This document shows, piece after piece, positions 48,723 to 61,565 of a DNA stretch of 64,000 bases; position 1 is the stretch's first letter, and every line of letters starts with the position of its first letter. Source of the stretch: Azolla caroliniana (Eukaryota > Plantae > Polypodiophyta); contig JBHGNT010000001.1 in assembly GCA_043228905.1 (NCBI GenBank), forward strand, positions 11,532,001 through 11,596,000, read 5' to 3'. The notes below the pieces were generated by a model. It was not told where the DNA came from. It searched no databases and worked only from the letters and a program-made list of their open reading frames with translations. The position numbers and the translations under genes were made by a program.

Positions 48723-49705
48723 CAATAACCATTCGGTTAAGTGTGTGTCTAATTAAGTGCGCCATTCTATTAAGTGCGCTCTTTATATATGTCAAAATCC
48801 TATTCAAAAATTTACATTATTTCATGACAAAATACATCTAACCAAATTGAAACTATGTTCCAACAATTCAAAAAACAATAAAATGATCAATAAAAATAAG
48901 GTTTCTAAGCTCTTTCGCAATTTCATACCAAAGTCATGTAAGGCCATTTGCCTACTTTTAACTAAATAGGTCAAGCAAGATATGGTGAATACAATCTTGA
49001 ACTAATTTCATGGAAACTTTGCCTTGGAGCAAGATATATTTTCAATAAAACTAAATAGGTCGAGCATGGGCCTATGAAGGGAAAGCTATTAATCGATTAA
49101 TAGCTTATTATGTGGAGTTACATGAAGGGAAAGTTATTAATCGATTAATCGATTAACGGCTTATTATGTCGAGTTACATGAAGGGAAAGTTATTAATCGA
49201 TTAATGGCTTATTATGTGGATGAAAGTTATTAATCAATTCAATTAATAACTATTGATCAATTAACGCAAGTATGTGGATTCAAATCCCTACTTTTGGGTA
49301 TTTTTGTTACACTATCTCAGCCAAGTATGTGGATCGTTTCTCCTAAACCACGTGCCATATCAGACATAGACATCACTCACAATCTCCATAAACACCAAAA
49401 AACAGACATAGACCTCACACATAATCTCCATAGACACCAAAAAATAGACATAGACATCACGTACTATCTCCATAGACACCATAAAACAAACATAGACATC
49501 ACGTACTATCTCCATAGACACCAAAAAACAGACATAGAAAAGAAAATATGTACATACCTGATCGATTACAACAACAAGGAGGGCCTGGGCAATGGTTGTT
49601 TGGGCTATGCTTCTCAGAATTACAACCAAACAAAAATCCCATTTATACTAAAAAAGCCCTAAGTGCACAGCTCGGTTAAGTGCGCACTTAAACGAATGTT
49701 TACTG
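48723..49705. mobile_element. Tc1/mariner (pogo-like) non-autonomous element with internal minisatellites
   Basis: TA|CAATAACCATTCGGTTAAGTG .. CACTTAAACGAATGTTTACTG|TA imperfect TIRs with TA TSD; ~50-bp repeats at 49075-49260 and four 42-bp units at 49362-49537. Confidence 0.75.
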
Positions 49706-49795
49706 TATTGTTTTAAGGTTAGGGGAATGGTATGATGTGTTTCAATATTGTAAAGAAATGCGTAGAATATTATACATAAATGTTAGATGTACAAG

Positions 49796-50226
49796 TAACA
49801 ATCAATAACGGTTCAGTTTGAGAGTGTCAAAACCGAACCGGTTTGAAACCAAACCATTAAAAAGTTTTGAAACTTGAACCGAACCGAACCGAACAATGAA
49901 ATCGTTAAACGGAACCGTTAAGTAAAAATCCAAACCCTTAAACCATTAAACCGTTAAAACGCAGTTTTGGTTTTCAACTTAGGTCAAAATTCAAATTTTC
50001 AATTTTCAATTTTTAAATTTTTAAATTTTTCATTATTTCAAATTCTAATTTTCAGTATGTTTAAGTTTTTTCCCAAAATGTGAGAATTAATCTTAAAAAT
50101 AGAAAGGTGGTTTAAAAAATATTTAAAAACAATCAAACCATTTAAACAACAGTTTCAAACCGTTAAATCGTTAAGTCGCGGTTTCGCGATTTGGTTCAGT
50201 TCAAACCAAACAGTTGTCAATTGTTA
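49796..50226. mobile_element. hAT-type MITE (431 bp)
   Basis: TIRs TAACAATCAATAAC / GTTGTCAATTGTTA, perfect 8-bp TSD TGTACAAG, AACCG-rich. Confidence 0.82.
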
Positions 50227-50606
50227 TGTACAAGGTGTATTGATAGATTATGTAAGGTTTTGCCTTCTATTATTCATAATGCTCAATATGGGTTCTTCAC
50301 AAAAATATTTGTACATGATATTTTAAATGTTCAAATGGCAATTGACTATGCAAAGGAGTCTAAAGAAGAATAAGTATTGTTACAATTGAATCTTGAGAAG
50401 GCATATGATAATGTGTATTGGTCATTTATAAATTAGTTGATGTCTTATATTGGTTTTGGTGATCATATGTCTATGTTAGTATACACATTAGTGGAGGATT
50501 CTATTTCAAATGTGATGCTTAATGGAGGAGTAACCCAACTTATTTCTATTCGAATGTAAGTTAGATAGGGACACTTGGTTAGTCCTTTATTATTCATTAT
50601 TGTAAC

Positions 50607-50719
50607 CATAGTTCTAGCCATACGTCTCATACGTGAATATTTGTATCATACTCATACGTGAAATGGCTCCAAGTATGATTGAAATCCATACGTAATACAT
50701 ACGTATATACGTTGTACGT

Positions 50720-50774
<55 letters not shown>

Positions 50775-51112
50775 TGTAGTGGGAAGTATGCAAATGATTC
50801 TTATGACCATAACAATCATCTGCATATAGGGATGATTGAAAATCATTCAGATTTGGCAATGCCTATGTGAGTCTTTCCATAATCAAACATTGTATGGTAC
50901 ACTCCTATGAACACATCTCCTAAGATCTTGGAGTCGAAAGAATGAATCCATTGATTGAGGCACCAAATCATCTAGAAAAGAAAAAATGTAGCCTCTTTTA
51001 AATCACCACATACCACAAGGGTCCAACAAGTATATCCAAACCAATAATGCCACTCATGCATTGTGAGGCTTCACCTTCTCCAAAACTTAATATATTAATA
51101 TACTCATGCATT

Positions 51113-51147
<35 letters not shown>

Positions 51148-54100
51148 GAGGAGAGGAATTGCTAGAGAGAGTGAATTAGAATTAGAATTAGAATTTTTAT
51201 CGTCCATAAAGAGGCCAAATTTGACCTATGGGACCAAAGTATACATGTGTTCTTGATATATGTCTCCTTCCTAAGAAGGGGTATTCATACATTGAAGCAC
51301 AAAGTCTCTATTTGTTAGTAAAGCATACACATATGAGCTCAACCTTCTAGGTGGTGCCTTAAGTATGGCACTTAAGTTATCACTCCCTCTTAGTATGTCA
51401 ACATATCTTGAACGAATTGCACTATATGTCGACCATGTGAAGAGCAAGTGACATTCATCCTCTACCATGCCTTCATTGCATACTTTACATTTTGATACCA
51501 TGATGCAACTTCAATACCTAACTTGTGAGATCGAGTGTGAAGTAGTGTAAGGGCTCTACGAGCATTACTACTCATATTGGTAATGAGATAAGGTTGGATA
51601 CAATCAATAGACATTCTTGCTTTATATTGAGACCAACATTCAGGTTTGACATTTGCAATGTAGTATTCTAGCTTTGTCCTCTTAGCATCCCATGACTTCA
51701 TCCTTAATGATTCCACCAACCTGTCCTCAATCATTACATACTGCATAGCATTTCCCGAAAGCTCTAAAAGATCATACACACCCCATCTTCTAAACCATTT
51801 CCTTATGTCAACAACCCAACCAGATGAGAGAATCTTACTTTTATGATTCTTTTGTAGCTTACATCCAACATCCCAAGCAAGATGTGGTAATTGATGATTC
51901 AGCATATTCTTGACTTTTGTAATGTATTTATATACTCTTTGGAGTGCCAATAGTTCTATGGGTCGAACACCCGTTTCCAAGAGCATAACCTAGTAAGAGG
52001 TAGTGCATTGAACTCCTAATTGCCTCCTTAAAAACATCTTTTGAATTTTCTCAATCTCGTTCCATGCATTAAGAGAGATGGTGCCACCCCATACTTCTAC
52101 TCCATAAAGCAATACTTGAGTTACCATGGCATTGAACAACATTAGTTTTACTTCCCATCCACAAGTATCACTTTGGTTGCATTGGTTCTCCAAAAGGTAA
52201 TATGATTTCCAACCGGCTTGGAGTCTAGAATCAAAGCATGCACTCCATTTATTTGTGGCGGGCACATCAATACCAAGATATTTAAAGCTTTGAACAAATT
52301 GTATATGTTCACCTTTATATGTGAGCATAGGGTAATGATGAGGTTGGATGGTTTGCACTACCATCATTTTTGTTTTCTCCACATTCACTACTAGTCCACT
52401 ACTATGGCAAAATCCTTCTAATACCCCAAGTAAATGTTGCATACTATCAACATCATATGAGAAGAGTACCACATCATCTGCATATAGAAGCAATAAGATA
52501 ACATGTTGCATCAAATTGGGGCCATTCAATCCTTCTTCTCTTGCAACCTTATTCACCACTTCTAATTTATCAATACATAACCCAAAGAGTGTGGGTGATA
52601 GTGGACATCCTTGCTTGACCCCCATGTTACTTAAGAAGTGCTTCGAGAATCCATTATCCATTTTTAGTTGGCATTTAACTTGTTCATATAGGCGTGCAAC
52701 CGCAACTCAATACGCTAATGGCATGTCAATGTCTAGCATTCTATTCCAAAGCTCACTTCGTGGTACGGTATCAAAAGCTTTCTTGAAATCAACAAAACAA
52801 CAATAAAGTGTTTTTCCTTGTAGTCGACTCTCTTCCATGATTACTCTTAATGTGACCAAATGATCCACGGTGGAGTGTTTTGGTCTAAATCCGGCTTGCC
52901 CAAGTGTTCTTTTGCTTGTACTCTCAACCCATGTGCTTATCTTTTGCTCCATAATAGTGCTATATAATTTAGCAATAGTTGAGCTCACCATTATTGTACG
53001 ATAATTTGATACTTGATTCCTATCTCCGGCATTAAATATTGGTTTAATCCAATTCATAAGCCAATCATTTGGAAATCCTTGTTTTATAACTTGCTCTAAA
53101 ATTGTCATTATCCAATGACGAGTGTGTGGCATTGTCCATTTTAAAAGCTCACTTGAGACGTAGGTTGAATCTGTTGCTTTCCCACTTGCCATCTTCTTTA
53201 TTCCCTTATTGACATCATCAATATCGATACATGTAGTGCATGGAGTTTCAATTTTCTCAACCATAGGAGCCACACCTTCATGCATATATAACCTTTGTAC
53301 ATAGTCTAGCATCTCTTCATTTGTAAAGTGACCTTTCACATCTTCTTTCATACCCTTGAGTTGTTCCCATGCTAATTTTGGTTTGAGCTTAAACAAGTTT
53401 TTCTTTTTCATCTCTTGCATTTGGAAATATCTTCTTTTCTTTCTCCTCACTACTTTCTTGTATATGTGCCATGCAACAATCTTTTCATTCCCCCCTTCTA
53501 TGGACTTAAACCATTTGAGATACATCTTACATTCATCGTCGAACCAAGAATTACATGGAAAACTACACACCTTATGCCCACCCACATGTCTCTTAAAGCA
53601 TTGATATCCAACCTTAAAGATTATATCCTTCAAATGTTGCCAATTTTCTTTAACATCGTTGCTTAGAGAAAAATTTAACAAATGGTTCTCCACTTCCTTT
53701 GCATACATCTTAGCTTTTTCGTAGCAAGGTCGGATGATACATCTCTTTTCGTTTTTCACTCCACGGCATCTAGTGTAATGTGGAATTTCAAGCTCTAAGT
53801 ACAATGGCTTGTGGTTTGAGTCCGGAGATAGAGAACCAACTTTAAACACATTCACCAATGATAGATCACATGCCAACATTAATGCATAATGAACCACACT
53901 TCCTCCACCCGAGGATGGTAAACATGCGAGCACATTTGTCAATGGGAATGCCTTTATACCATTTAGGAGAGGAGAGGAATTGCTAGTTGTCTGTCTACTT
54001 TCATTGCATGCATCGCTTAGAGAGGAGCTCCTCATCTATCCATCACACACACACACACACACACACACATAGAGAGTAGAGCGAAGATACATACATATAA

Positions 54101-54331
54101 AGCATATCGAGACAGAGAGAAGAATTGTGTTTCTCACTCCTTCTGAGAATTCTGTTTCTCACTCCTCACTACTTAGACTTCTATTCGTGACGAATATAAG
54201 AAAAAAAGCCCCCCAAAAAATAAACCAAAAGAAAAAAAAATTCCAAACGAATGTCGCGTATCATATGCAAACGTATGCAAACATTCACATACATCCACCA
54301 AATTGGACTTATGCGAATGTTAGGAACTATG
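50607..54331. mobile_element. hAT-type non-autonomous element containing an RTE-like LINE
   Basis: Termini CATAGTTC..GAACTATG, 8-bp TSD ATTGTAAC / ATTGTCAC, CATACG-like subterminal motifs; removal rejoins the old L1 RT. Confidence 0.75.
51166..53964 (-). mobile_element. 5'-truncated RTE-like LINE (EN tail, RT, C-terminal Cys/His domain) with stops
   Basis: SNHKPL, QAGFRP, DFKKAFD, GVKQGCPLSP, YADD, FKYLG, C..C..EDECH; (TTCTAA)n tail; 22-bp TSD AGGAGAGGAGAGGAATTGCTAG at 51144-51165 and 53965-53986. Confidence 0.9.
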
Positions 54332-54810
54332 ATTGTCACACATCCTATTCTTGTTAAATTACACAATATGGCTCTATATAAATAATTATTTGGAGTAAGG
54401 TTGCCATCAAGGAAACCATATATTGTTAAAGCTCTTGCAGATGACCACATCATGTTTTGGCACCAAATCGAGAAAATATTAGTAAGACAAGATAGCTTAA
54501 CAGAGTATGTTTTGGTTAAATGTGTCTAGTTTGTGATAGTTAATCATTTGTTGACATCCTAACAGAGTATGTTGGATTTTGTGCAATGGCATGCTCCACA
54601 AGAAAGGGGGTGTGTCAATTCATTACACATGGAGGTTATGGTGACATTAAGGTTGTGGATGTGGGAAAGGAAAAACTTATCCACCTTCAATTTAATCAAA
54701 TGACGAGATTGGTATTGGTAACATATAAGAATGTTATGCTAGTGTCACAAAGAATATTAATGTACTTTCGAACAACAAAAACAACATTATGTATTCCAAG
54801 AGGTTATACC

Positions 54811-57800
54811 CAGTGTTGGGCAAAGTCCCAGGAACAGTGTTAGCGTTCCGGTTGGGTTGGGACTTTTGCCAGCCAAGGTGGGGGACAGCCGGAATTGATT
54901 CCGGCCAAGTTTTCCTACCAACCGGAATTTAGCCGGTTCATATTTTTTGAACCGGCTATTTATATAGTTTATGTAAAAAATAAAGGTAAAAAAAAGTTTT
55001 TATATATATTTTTCATGTTTTTCCCCTTTTTTTGTTTTACTTTCCCCCCTCTTTTTGTTTTTCTCCCTCTCTGTCTTCGTCTGATTTCCTGCTACTCCCT
55101 CCTTGCTCGTTGCTCCCTCCTCGTTGCTCACTGCTCCCTCCTCATTGCTCGTTGCCATTCCTCCTTCCTACTTCCTAGTTGTTCGTTAACCACTGCTTGT
55201 TATTCATTGTTCATTCACTGCTCACTGCTCACTGCCCACAGCTCGTTGCTTCTCCCTCGTTGATTGTCGGCGGCCTCTCATCACTCAAAAATTGCCGCTC
55301 GTCACTCAGAAATTGCCGCTCGTCACTCGCTGATTGCCGCTCGTCACTCGTCGACGATCGCCCATCATTCGTCACTCAGCTCTCACCACTCGACGATTCA
55401 TTGATTTTAGATGTCTCCACCAACACATTGATTGAATGGATGAGAAGGAATTGAGCCAATACATAAGTGTTGTCTTTATGCGCCAAGTAAGAGACTTTAA
55501 ATCTCCCACCAATTCATTCTAACTGTTGCTTATTTAAACATTGAAATTGATCCAATGTATAAACATGGTGATGTCGTGATAAACCACTTGCTTTTCAATG
55601 GATACCAAGCCAAGCCTTGTGCAATGAGTTTCATGTTTGGTTCATTATATATTCAAAGATTTAGATCATGTAAATTTACAAGTACTCCTAAAGCATTGTT
55701 GTATAAAAGCGATCCATGTTAACCTTTAACAAAAAATTGGAGTCACATAATTTAGGGATTTTGGTGGTAAAGTAAGGGATCATGAATTATTTTGGCATTT
55801 GCATCCCGCTTCACCTTATTGATGTGGTTATAAGGTTGGACGATGTCATATTGCAATTTGTATGTGTTTTATGTTTCCATTGACATGTCTTGTAGTAGTT
55901 TTGGCAAACTAAAATGAAATAGGAGAAATTTTGATAAGAGGTATATTACAATATCAACGAAAGTAGAACCTATCATAAATATGACCTTGTGCATAATTTC
56001 TATTTCACTATTACTTGATTATACTATATCTTTTGAAATATTTTTCTCGAAAGAGGAAAAGAAACATACATTTACATCTATTGCGCATTTGTGGCAACAT
56101 AATGAAATAAAACACATTTCTGAAATGTTAAGCTCCCTCATTATACAAAAACCTCGTTGGTTTGGTATCTTCGTTTGAATGAATTGTAAGAATAGTGATG
56201 ATGATATACTAAACATCCATTAGAGACCATCAATTGTTACAAAATGTCTCTTGAACATTGTAAGGCAAAGATGTGGGATCATTGCAAAGTATGTACATTG
56301 GAGAAGAGGATTACATCTTCATGCTTCTTTTTAGTGGGTGAACATGAACTTGTGAAGATGTAATGGAACTAGGTGTGGAAAGAGATTTGCTCTTCTTCAT
56401 CATCATCATCATCAAGGGGCTACTATGATAAACAAATTAACGAATCTGAAATACTATTTACTTATTACAATATAACTAGATGAACCAACAAATTTGAGAT
56501 GAGAATCATCATGTAATTCAAACACATGTAGTGGACGATAGGTTGAAAATTGGGAGGAAATTATGTACAACAAATTATCTTAGCACAAGAAAAGCATAGA
56601 AAGATGATGGGAATAAACAAGAATAAATCACAAGGAGGCATGTATATTCTATTACTACCTCGCATTCGTATTGTCATCTTGTTTGTGATCTCTAAAGTGT
56701 ATCTCAAAATCTTTCCTACTAGATGCATTTTGTGGGAAAACGAATTTCTTGACATATTTGAAATGATTTTAGCTATGATTTCCTTCTTTTTGACATATTT
56801 CTTGTTTGGAAATTTACATTAGCAGCATGTGATTCTATGTGTTGAATATGATGTCTTTCTTGGCCGTTGCAAATCAATTTCTGTCCATTACTCCCATTTG
56901 TCAATCAATTCTAATTTATATCTTAAGTTTTTGTGATCTCTAAAGTGTATCTCAAAATCTCAGTGTTCTAAACTAGAGCTTATTTAATGTGGGTAAGCTA
57001 ATGTGAGTCATCCTCTTTCTTCTTTATTTTCTGATAGATTGGAAGGTCCATAGTGGAAAATTGATCCTTTATTGCCTCGGAAACTTCAAATATCCCAGGT
57101 ATCTTAATTTGTTTTTTCTTTTTGGAAACATGGATTGTGTATGTAGGTTTCGCCTTCTTGTAAATAGAATCCATATATTATGTTAGCGAAACATTCTCTG
57201 CATTATTGTTACAGACTTACAGTATGTCCCAAAACAAGAATATGAAAGGCAAAGGAAAGCAAATTAGCCTCTTTACAATGCCCGGCTTTAGGAAAAACTT
57301 GCCATCTAAAGAAGATGTGTCTCTAGAAGAACCTATAAAGGACCATCAACACTCCGAAGAATTACTTCATGAGATGAATAGAATTAGTAAGGCCAAACTA
57401 AAATTTCAAGAAGATTGGCTTACTAAATTTAAGTGGCTTCAAGAGGATTTAGAAACTGGTCTTTTATGGTGTAGTTATTGTAGGAGTGATCCTCATAGTA
57501 AGTCTTCATTTGGCAAAACAGGTGCCAAAAACTTTAAGACTTCCGCATTAGAAGAACATGCAAGAAGTGTGGCCCATCGAGATGCCATTTTGTTACAAGA
57601 ACGTGACAAGAATGGTCTTGAAAAATGTGCATCAAAAAAAAAAAGCAAGTGTGGATGTAGCAATTGAAAAATTGTTTAAATGTGCATATTTTATAGCTAA
57701 AGAGGATTTAGCATTTAGAAAATTGGAAAGCCTCTTACGATTGTTAAGAGAATGTGGTGTGGAAGGCCTTCCACGAATGTATAACGATAATAAGGCTTGT

Positions 57801-59812
57801 GCAAGCTTTATCTTGCACATTAGCAAGGCTCTTGAAGCTGAGATCTATGATAGGTTGAGGAAAAGTCCTTGGTTTGGGCTTATGGTAGATGAAGCTACCG
57901 ATGTAAGCGTAACCAAGAACTTGATTCTTTATGCTACATTTGTGGAAGGAAGGCAAGTAAGAACCTCTTATTTGGGGTTACTTGAAGTAGAGGATGGTAC
58001 ATCAAACACAATAACAGAAAGCATTTTAGCATTATTAAAAAAGTGGAACTTAGATGTTAGAAAAATGATGGGATTCGGAAGTGATGGAGCATCTGTTATG
58101 GTAGGTATGTCTACAGGTGTTGCTACAAGATTGAAATCATATAACCCATTTATGACTTCCTTACATTGTTGTGCACATCGAACAAACTTGTGTGTGCAAG
58201 AGGCTTCAAAGAACATTGAAGTCAAAGAAACATGTAAGCAGTTAGATGCCCTTGTGAATCGGGTGGTTGCACATTTCTCGAGGAGCTCACTACGCCAAGG
58301 TGAATTAACTAAGATGCAAGATGCACTAGAATACACACATTTGCATATTCTTGGGATTGTGAAAACACGATGGCTTAGTCAGCATGGTGCTATCATGAGG
58401 GTATGTGATGTGTATGAACCCTTGATGAAGACTTTACAATCGCAAAGTGATGCATACAATGTATTCGTAAGTTTAAGAAACTTCAAAGTAGTGTATATGC
58501 TTCACTTTCTTGCATATGTACTTAAGATCATGTCAACGTTAAGTTTGGAATTCCAAAAGGAATATGTGGATGTGACATGCATTGGAGGTTTGGCTATGAT
58601 AGCCATTGGGGAGATCGAAGAACAATTTCTCCATCATGTTATGATGGATCTAAATGGTTTTGAGAAGGATAGCTATAGTTATCCAATTATTCCAGAATAT
58701 GGTAGAGAAAAAGGAATGCTTTCAGTTTTAAGAGATGCTATTAAAGGTAATATATATAAAAGCATCCTCATGGATAGATGTATTGATGGTGAGGACTTGA
58801 TTGAAGCCATACAATTCCAAATTTTGTTTTCTAAGGCATTAATAGAGACAATAAAAAAGAGGCTTCAAGATCTGGTAACTCTTTGCGCATTGAAAATGTT
58901 ATCACCAATGAACATGTCTGCCGGATCTACAAGCATTTTAGCACGAAAAACTATGGGTCTTAATGAGTTGAAAACACTTGGAAATTTTTATGGCATTCAA
59001 AAAATGGTAGATGGGAGAGCGTTTTCTCCCATAATTGATAATGATAAATTGTATGATGAATATGCAATTTTCAAAAGGCAAGCTACCACGGAATGGCTTG
59101 GAAGAGATTTCTTAGATGTTTGGGGTATGATAAATTGTAATGATGTGTGGAAAGAAAAGCTACCCGAACTTCTAAAGATTGCATTGATAGGTTTAATCCA
59201 ATGTTCTTCTACAACAGCATGTGAGGGAGGCTTTAGTCTCCTAAATCTAATAAAAAATAAGTTTAGAAACAGGCTGAAAAACAATGTGATTGATGCATTG
59301 ATACGAATCTCTATTGAAGGACCTGAACTAGAAGAACATGACTTCAATGCTAGCATTTTGTTGTGGCGAGAAAGCAAGGCATATCGTCATATTTTTACAG
59401 GAACTTCTCATGAGCATGATGATGAGATCGAGGACTTCATAGAAGATATAGATTAAAACTTTATAAATGTGATCGATTTTGTTTTGGAACTTTCTATATA
59501 TTACATCTAATTTGATCTAATATGTTGTTAATGCTACTTTACAAAGGTTTGAAAAGTGAAATATGTTTATAAAGTTAGATTTTTTTTTGGAAAATATATA
59601 TCTTTAGTTTTTGGGTTCCAAAATTTTGTAATTGATTTGATTTGGTATTGCATTAGATTTTTTTTTGGTTATGCGGCCAAAAAAAATTTCAACATGTTAT
59701 GGTTGACATTGTTGTTGGTAGGAACGTGGGCGGCCAAAATTTTAAAATTCCGGTTAGGTTCATGAGAAGCAGGAAAATTTCCGATAGGGGCTACAAACTT
59801 TGCCCAACACTG
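54811..59812 (+). mobile_element. hAT DNA transposon (Tip100/ZNF862-like), 5002 bp
   Basis: Perfect 16-bp TIRs CAGTGTTGGGCAAAGT / ACTTTGCCCAACACTG and perfect 8-bp TSD GTTATACC at 54803-54810 and 59813-59820. Confidence 0.96.
57224..59456 (+). CDS. hAT transposase with TTF-type zinc finger; single +1 frameshift in the A11 run at 57634-57644
   Basis: FQEDWLTKFKWL..WCSYC..ALEEHARSVAH, VDEATD, GSDGASVM, HCCAHR, KTRWLS, TACEGGFS..IKNKFRNRL dimerisation domain. Confidence 0.88.
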
Positions 59813-60729
59813 GTTATACCTTTATTTAGGATAAGTTGCAAAGATTATTGTTGTTGTTGACCCAATTCCTAATTTAGATGGTAGATCCCAAGAGCTTAGT
59901 TGGACATCTGTTGGAAATAGAAGATTGAATATGATATCAACAAATTATGCTTATCATAAGTAGATGGAAGAAAATATTATAAGGATATGGCGTTTTCGTA
60001 AGCCTATTACTTGGTGATTTCATATTATCAAGGGAGGTTGGCGTTCTCAATTGATGCCACGAGCTAAGATATTCATTTGGAGAGTTATTGTTGGAAATTT
60101 ACCATTGGGGGATGCATTAAACAAAAGAAATATTGTTAGAGGAATGTGTCTCCTTTGATCAGTGGAATTGGAACATAATAGGCATTGATTGCTTTAATGT
60201 CCAATGACTATAATGGTTTAGTGGTGTATCAATTTAGAGTGAATGTCTTTGATTGAAGAGTAAAACTATCTTCATTCAATTGAGTTTTTGCGCATATAGA
60301 GAAAAGTGATGTGATGCCTAATTTCCAAATTATTTTTCCATTCTTGAGGTTTTGGGGGCTAGGGTTCAATTAGAATATGCAAAATGTCGTCAATTTTGAT
60401 TTGCAAGTTGGGTGAGAAAATATGTTGTAAAGTTAAAATGAATTCTTTTCAGGCAATTAACAGTGTTAGAGAAGTCACCTAATCTCAACCATGATGAAAG
60501 CCAACTCTACAAGGTCATATGTCATCATACAATGGTGGAATTGAGTTCATAGTTGTAAGTTTGTAACTAGATCCCTAGAGTTTTATTTAAGGAAAAAAAG
60601 GTTGAGAGAAAGAAAAAAATAAAGGTTTAAGGCACCACATCCCTACATTGTCCCAAAAACTCCGTGTGTCTGTGGTTGTGTGTGTGTGTGTGAGAGAGAG
60701 AGAAGTACCACACCCCCCAAAAAACTCGA

Positions 60730-60836
60730 ATAGATAGATCCTATTATCATCTTTGGAGGTCAAATATGACCTATGAGTCCAAAAATATTACTTTTCACGT
60801 AATACATGTGAGTAGCGACTCTTGATGTTCAAGAAC
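60730..60836 (-). mobile_element. Short 3' end of the same RTE-like family as 36425-36965
   Basis: CTATTATCATCTT.GGAGGTCAAATATGACCTATGAG..GATGTTCAAGAACT is shared. Confidence 0.75.
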
Positions 60837-60974
60837 TAGTTTAGGGTCTGGTTTGGTTTGGTTTGGTTTGGTTTGGTTCATGTTTGAACTCTTCTAAACC
60901 GGTAATGGTTCAAGTTGTTTGGCTTGGACAATGCTAAACTAGCTAAGTCGAAACCGAAGTGTTGTCGATTCCTA
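60837..60974. mobile_element. Right half of the hAT MITE begun at 36227
   Basis: Matches the 3' half of 18387-18670, ends GTTGTCGATTCCTA, followed by GAGGATAT. Confidence 0.75.
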
Positions 60975-61394
60975 GAGGATATTATGTAGTTGAAGGGTAT
61001 ACATTTGACTCAAGCAGTCACTATAGGCAATCCTTTATATGTATTGTTCAAGGTATAATTTTGAAACCCCTCAAATGTGGAAGTACATACAAATCCTCTT
61101 CACTAATAAATTTATTCTTTTCATATCCAATCACTATAATCTCTCCAAAATGGTGTGATTATGTACAAAAAATATTTTTCCTTATGTGGATCTCACTCAG
61201 TACAATTACATATGGATCAAATTGCCTCATTTTGCAACAATACTTCAATAATGTGAAACAAATTATATTCCTATAGACACCAAATACCAGGCTCACCCAC
61301 TCGTTTTGCTGATTTTTGAAAACTTAGGTGTGTTTTGCTAAACACCAAACAATTAAATATCACCTCTGCATGCAAGCTAATTTGGTAATTAGGT

Positions 61395-61565
61395 TTAGAT
61401 CAGTTTGACCCTTTATTGGCTTAACAGTTTTGGTTTAAATGGTTTTAAACGGCTTAACAGTTTAGGTGACACTTTTTTAAATATTTTCTTAAACCACTTT
61501 TTTTAAAGATTAATTCTGTCATTTTAGCAATTTTTGAATCTTCATTTGATAAATTTTGAACTTAC
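61395..61565. repeat. Fragment related to the 49796-50226 MITE (inverted)
   Basis: TTAAACCACTTT..AAGATTAATTCT is the reverse complement of about 50083-50115. Confidence 0.5.

Larger units (their letters stand above)
50235..60600 (+). pseudogene. Old L1-like LINE ORF2 in pieces (50235-50606, 54340-54810, 59821-60600; probable EN part at about 37750-38230)
   Basis: QYGF..LEKAYDNV..SPLLFIIVT joins HPIL..KALADD across the 50607-54331 insert; zf-RVT AKIFIWRV..LPLGD..C near 60060-60200; A-rich end near 60600. Confidence 0.72.

Noticed and set aside
49362-49537. 42-bp repeat array as a CRISPR-like locus
   Set aside because: Contiguous tandem units without unique spacers; eukaryotic context; no cas genes.
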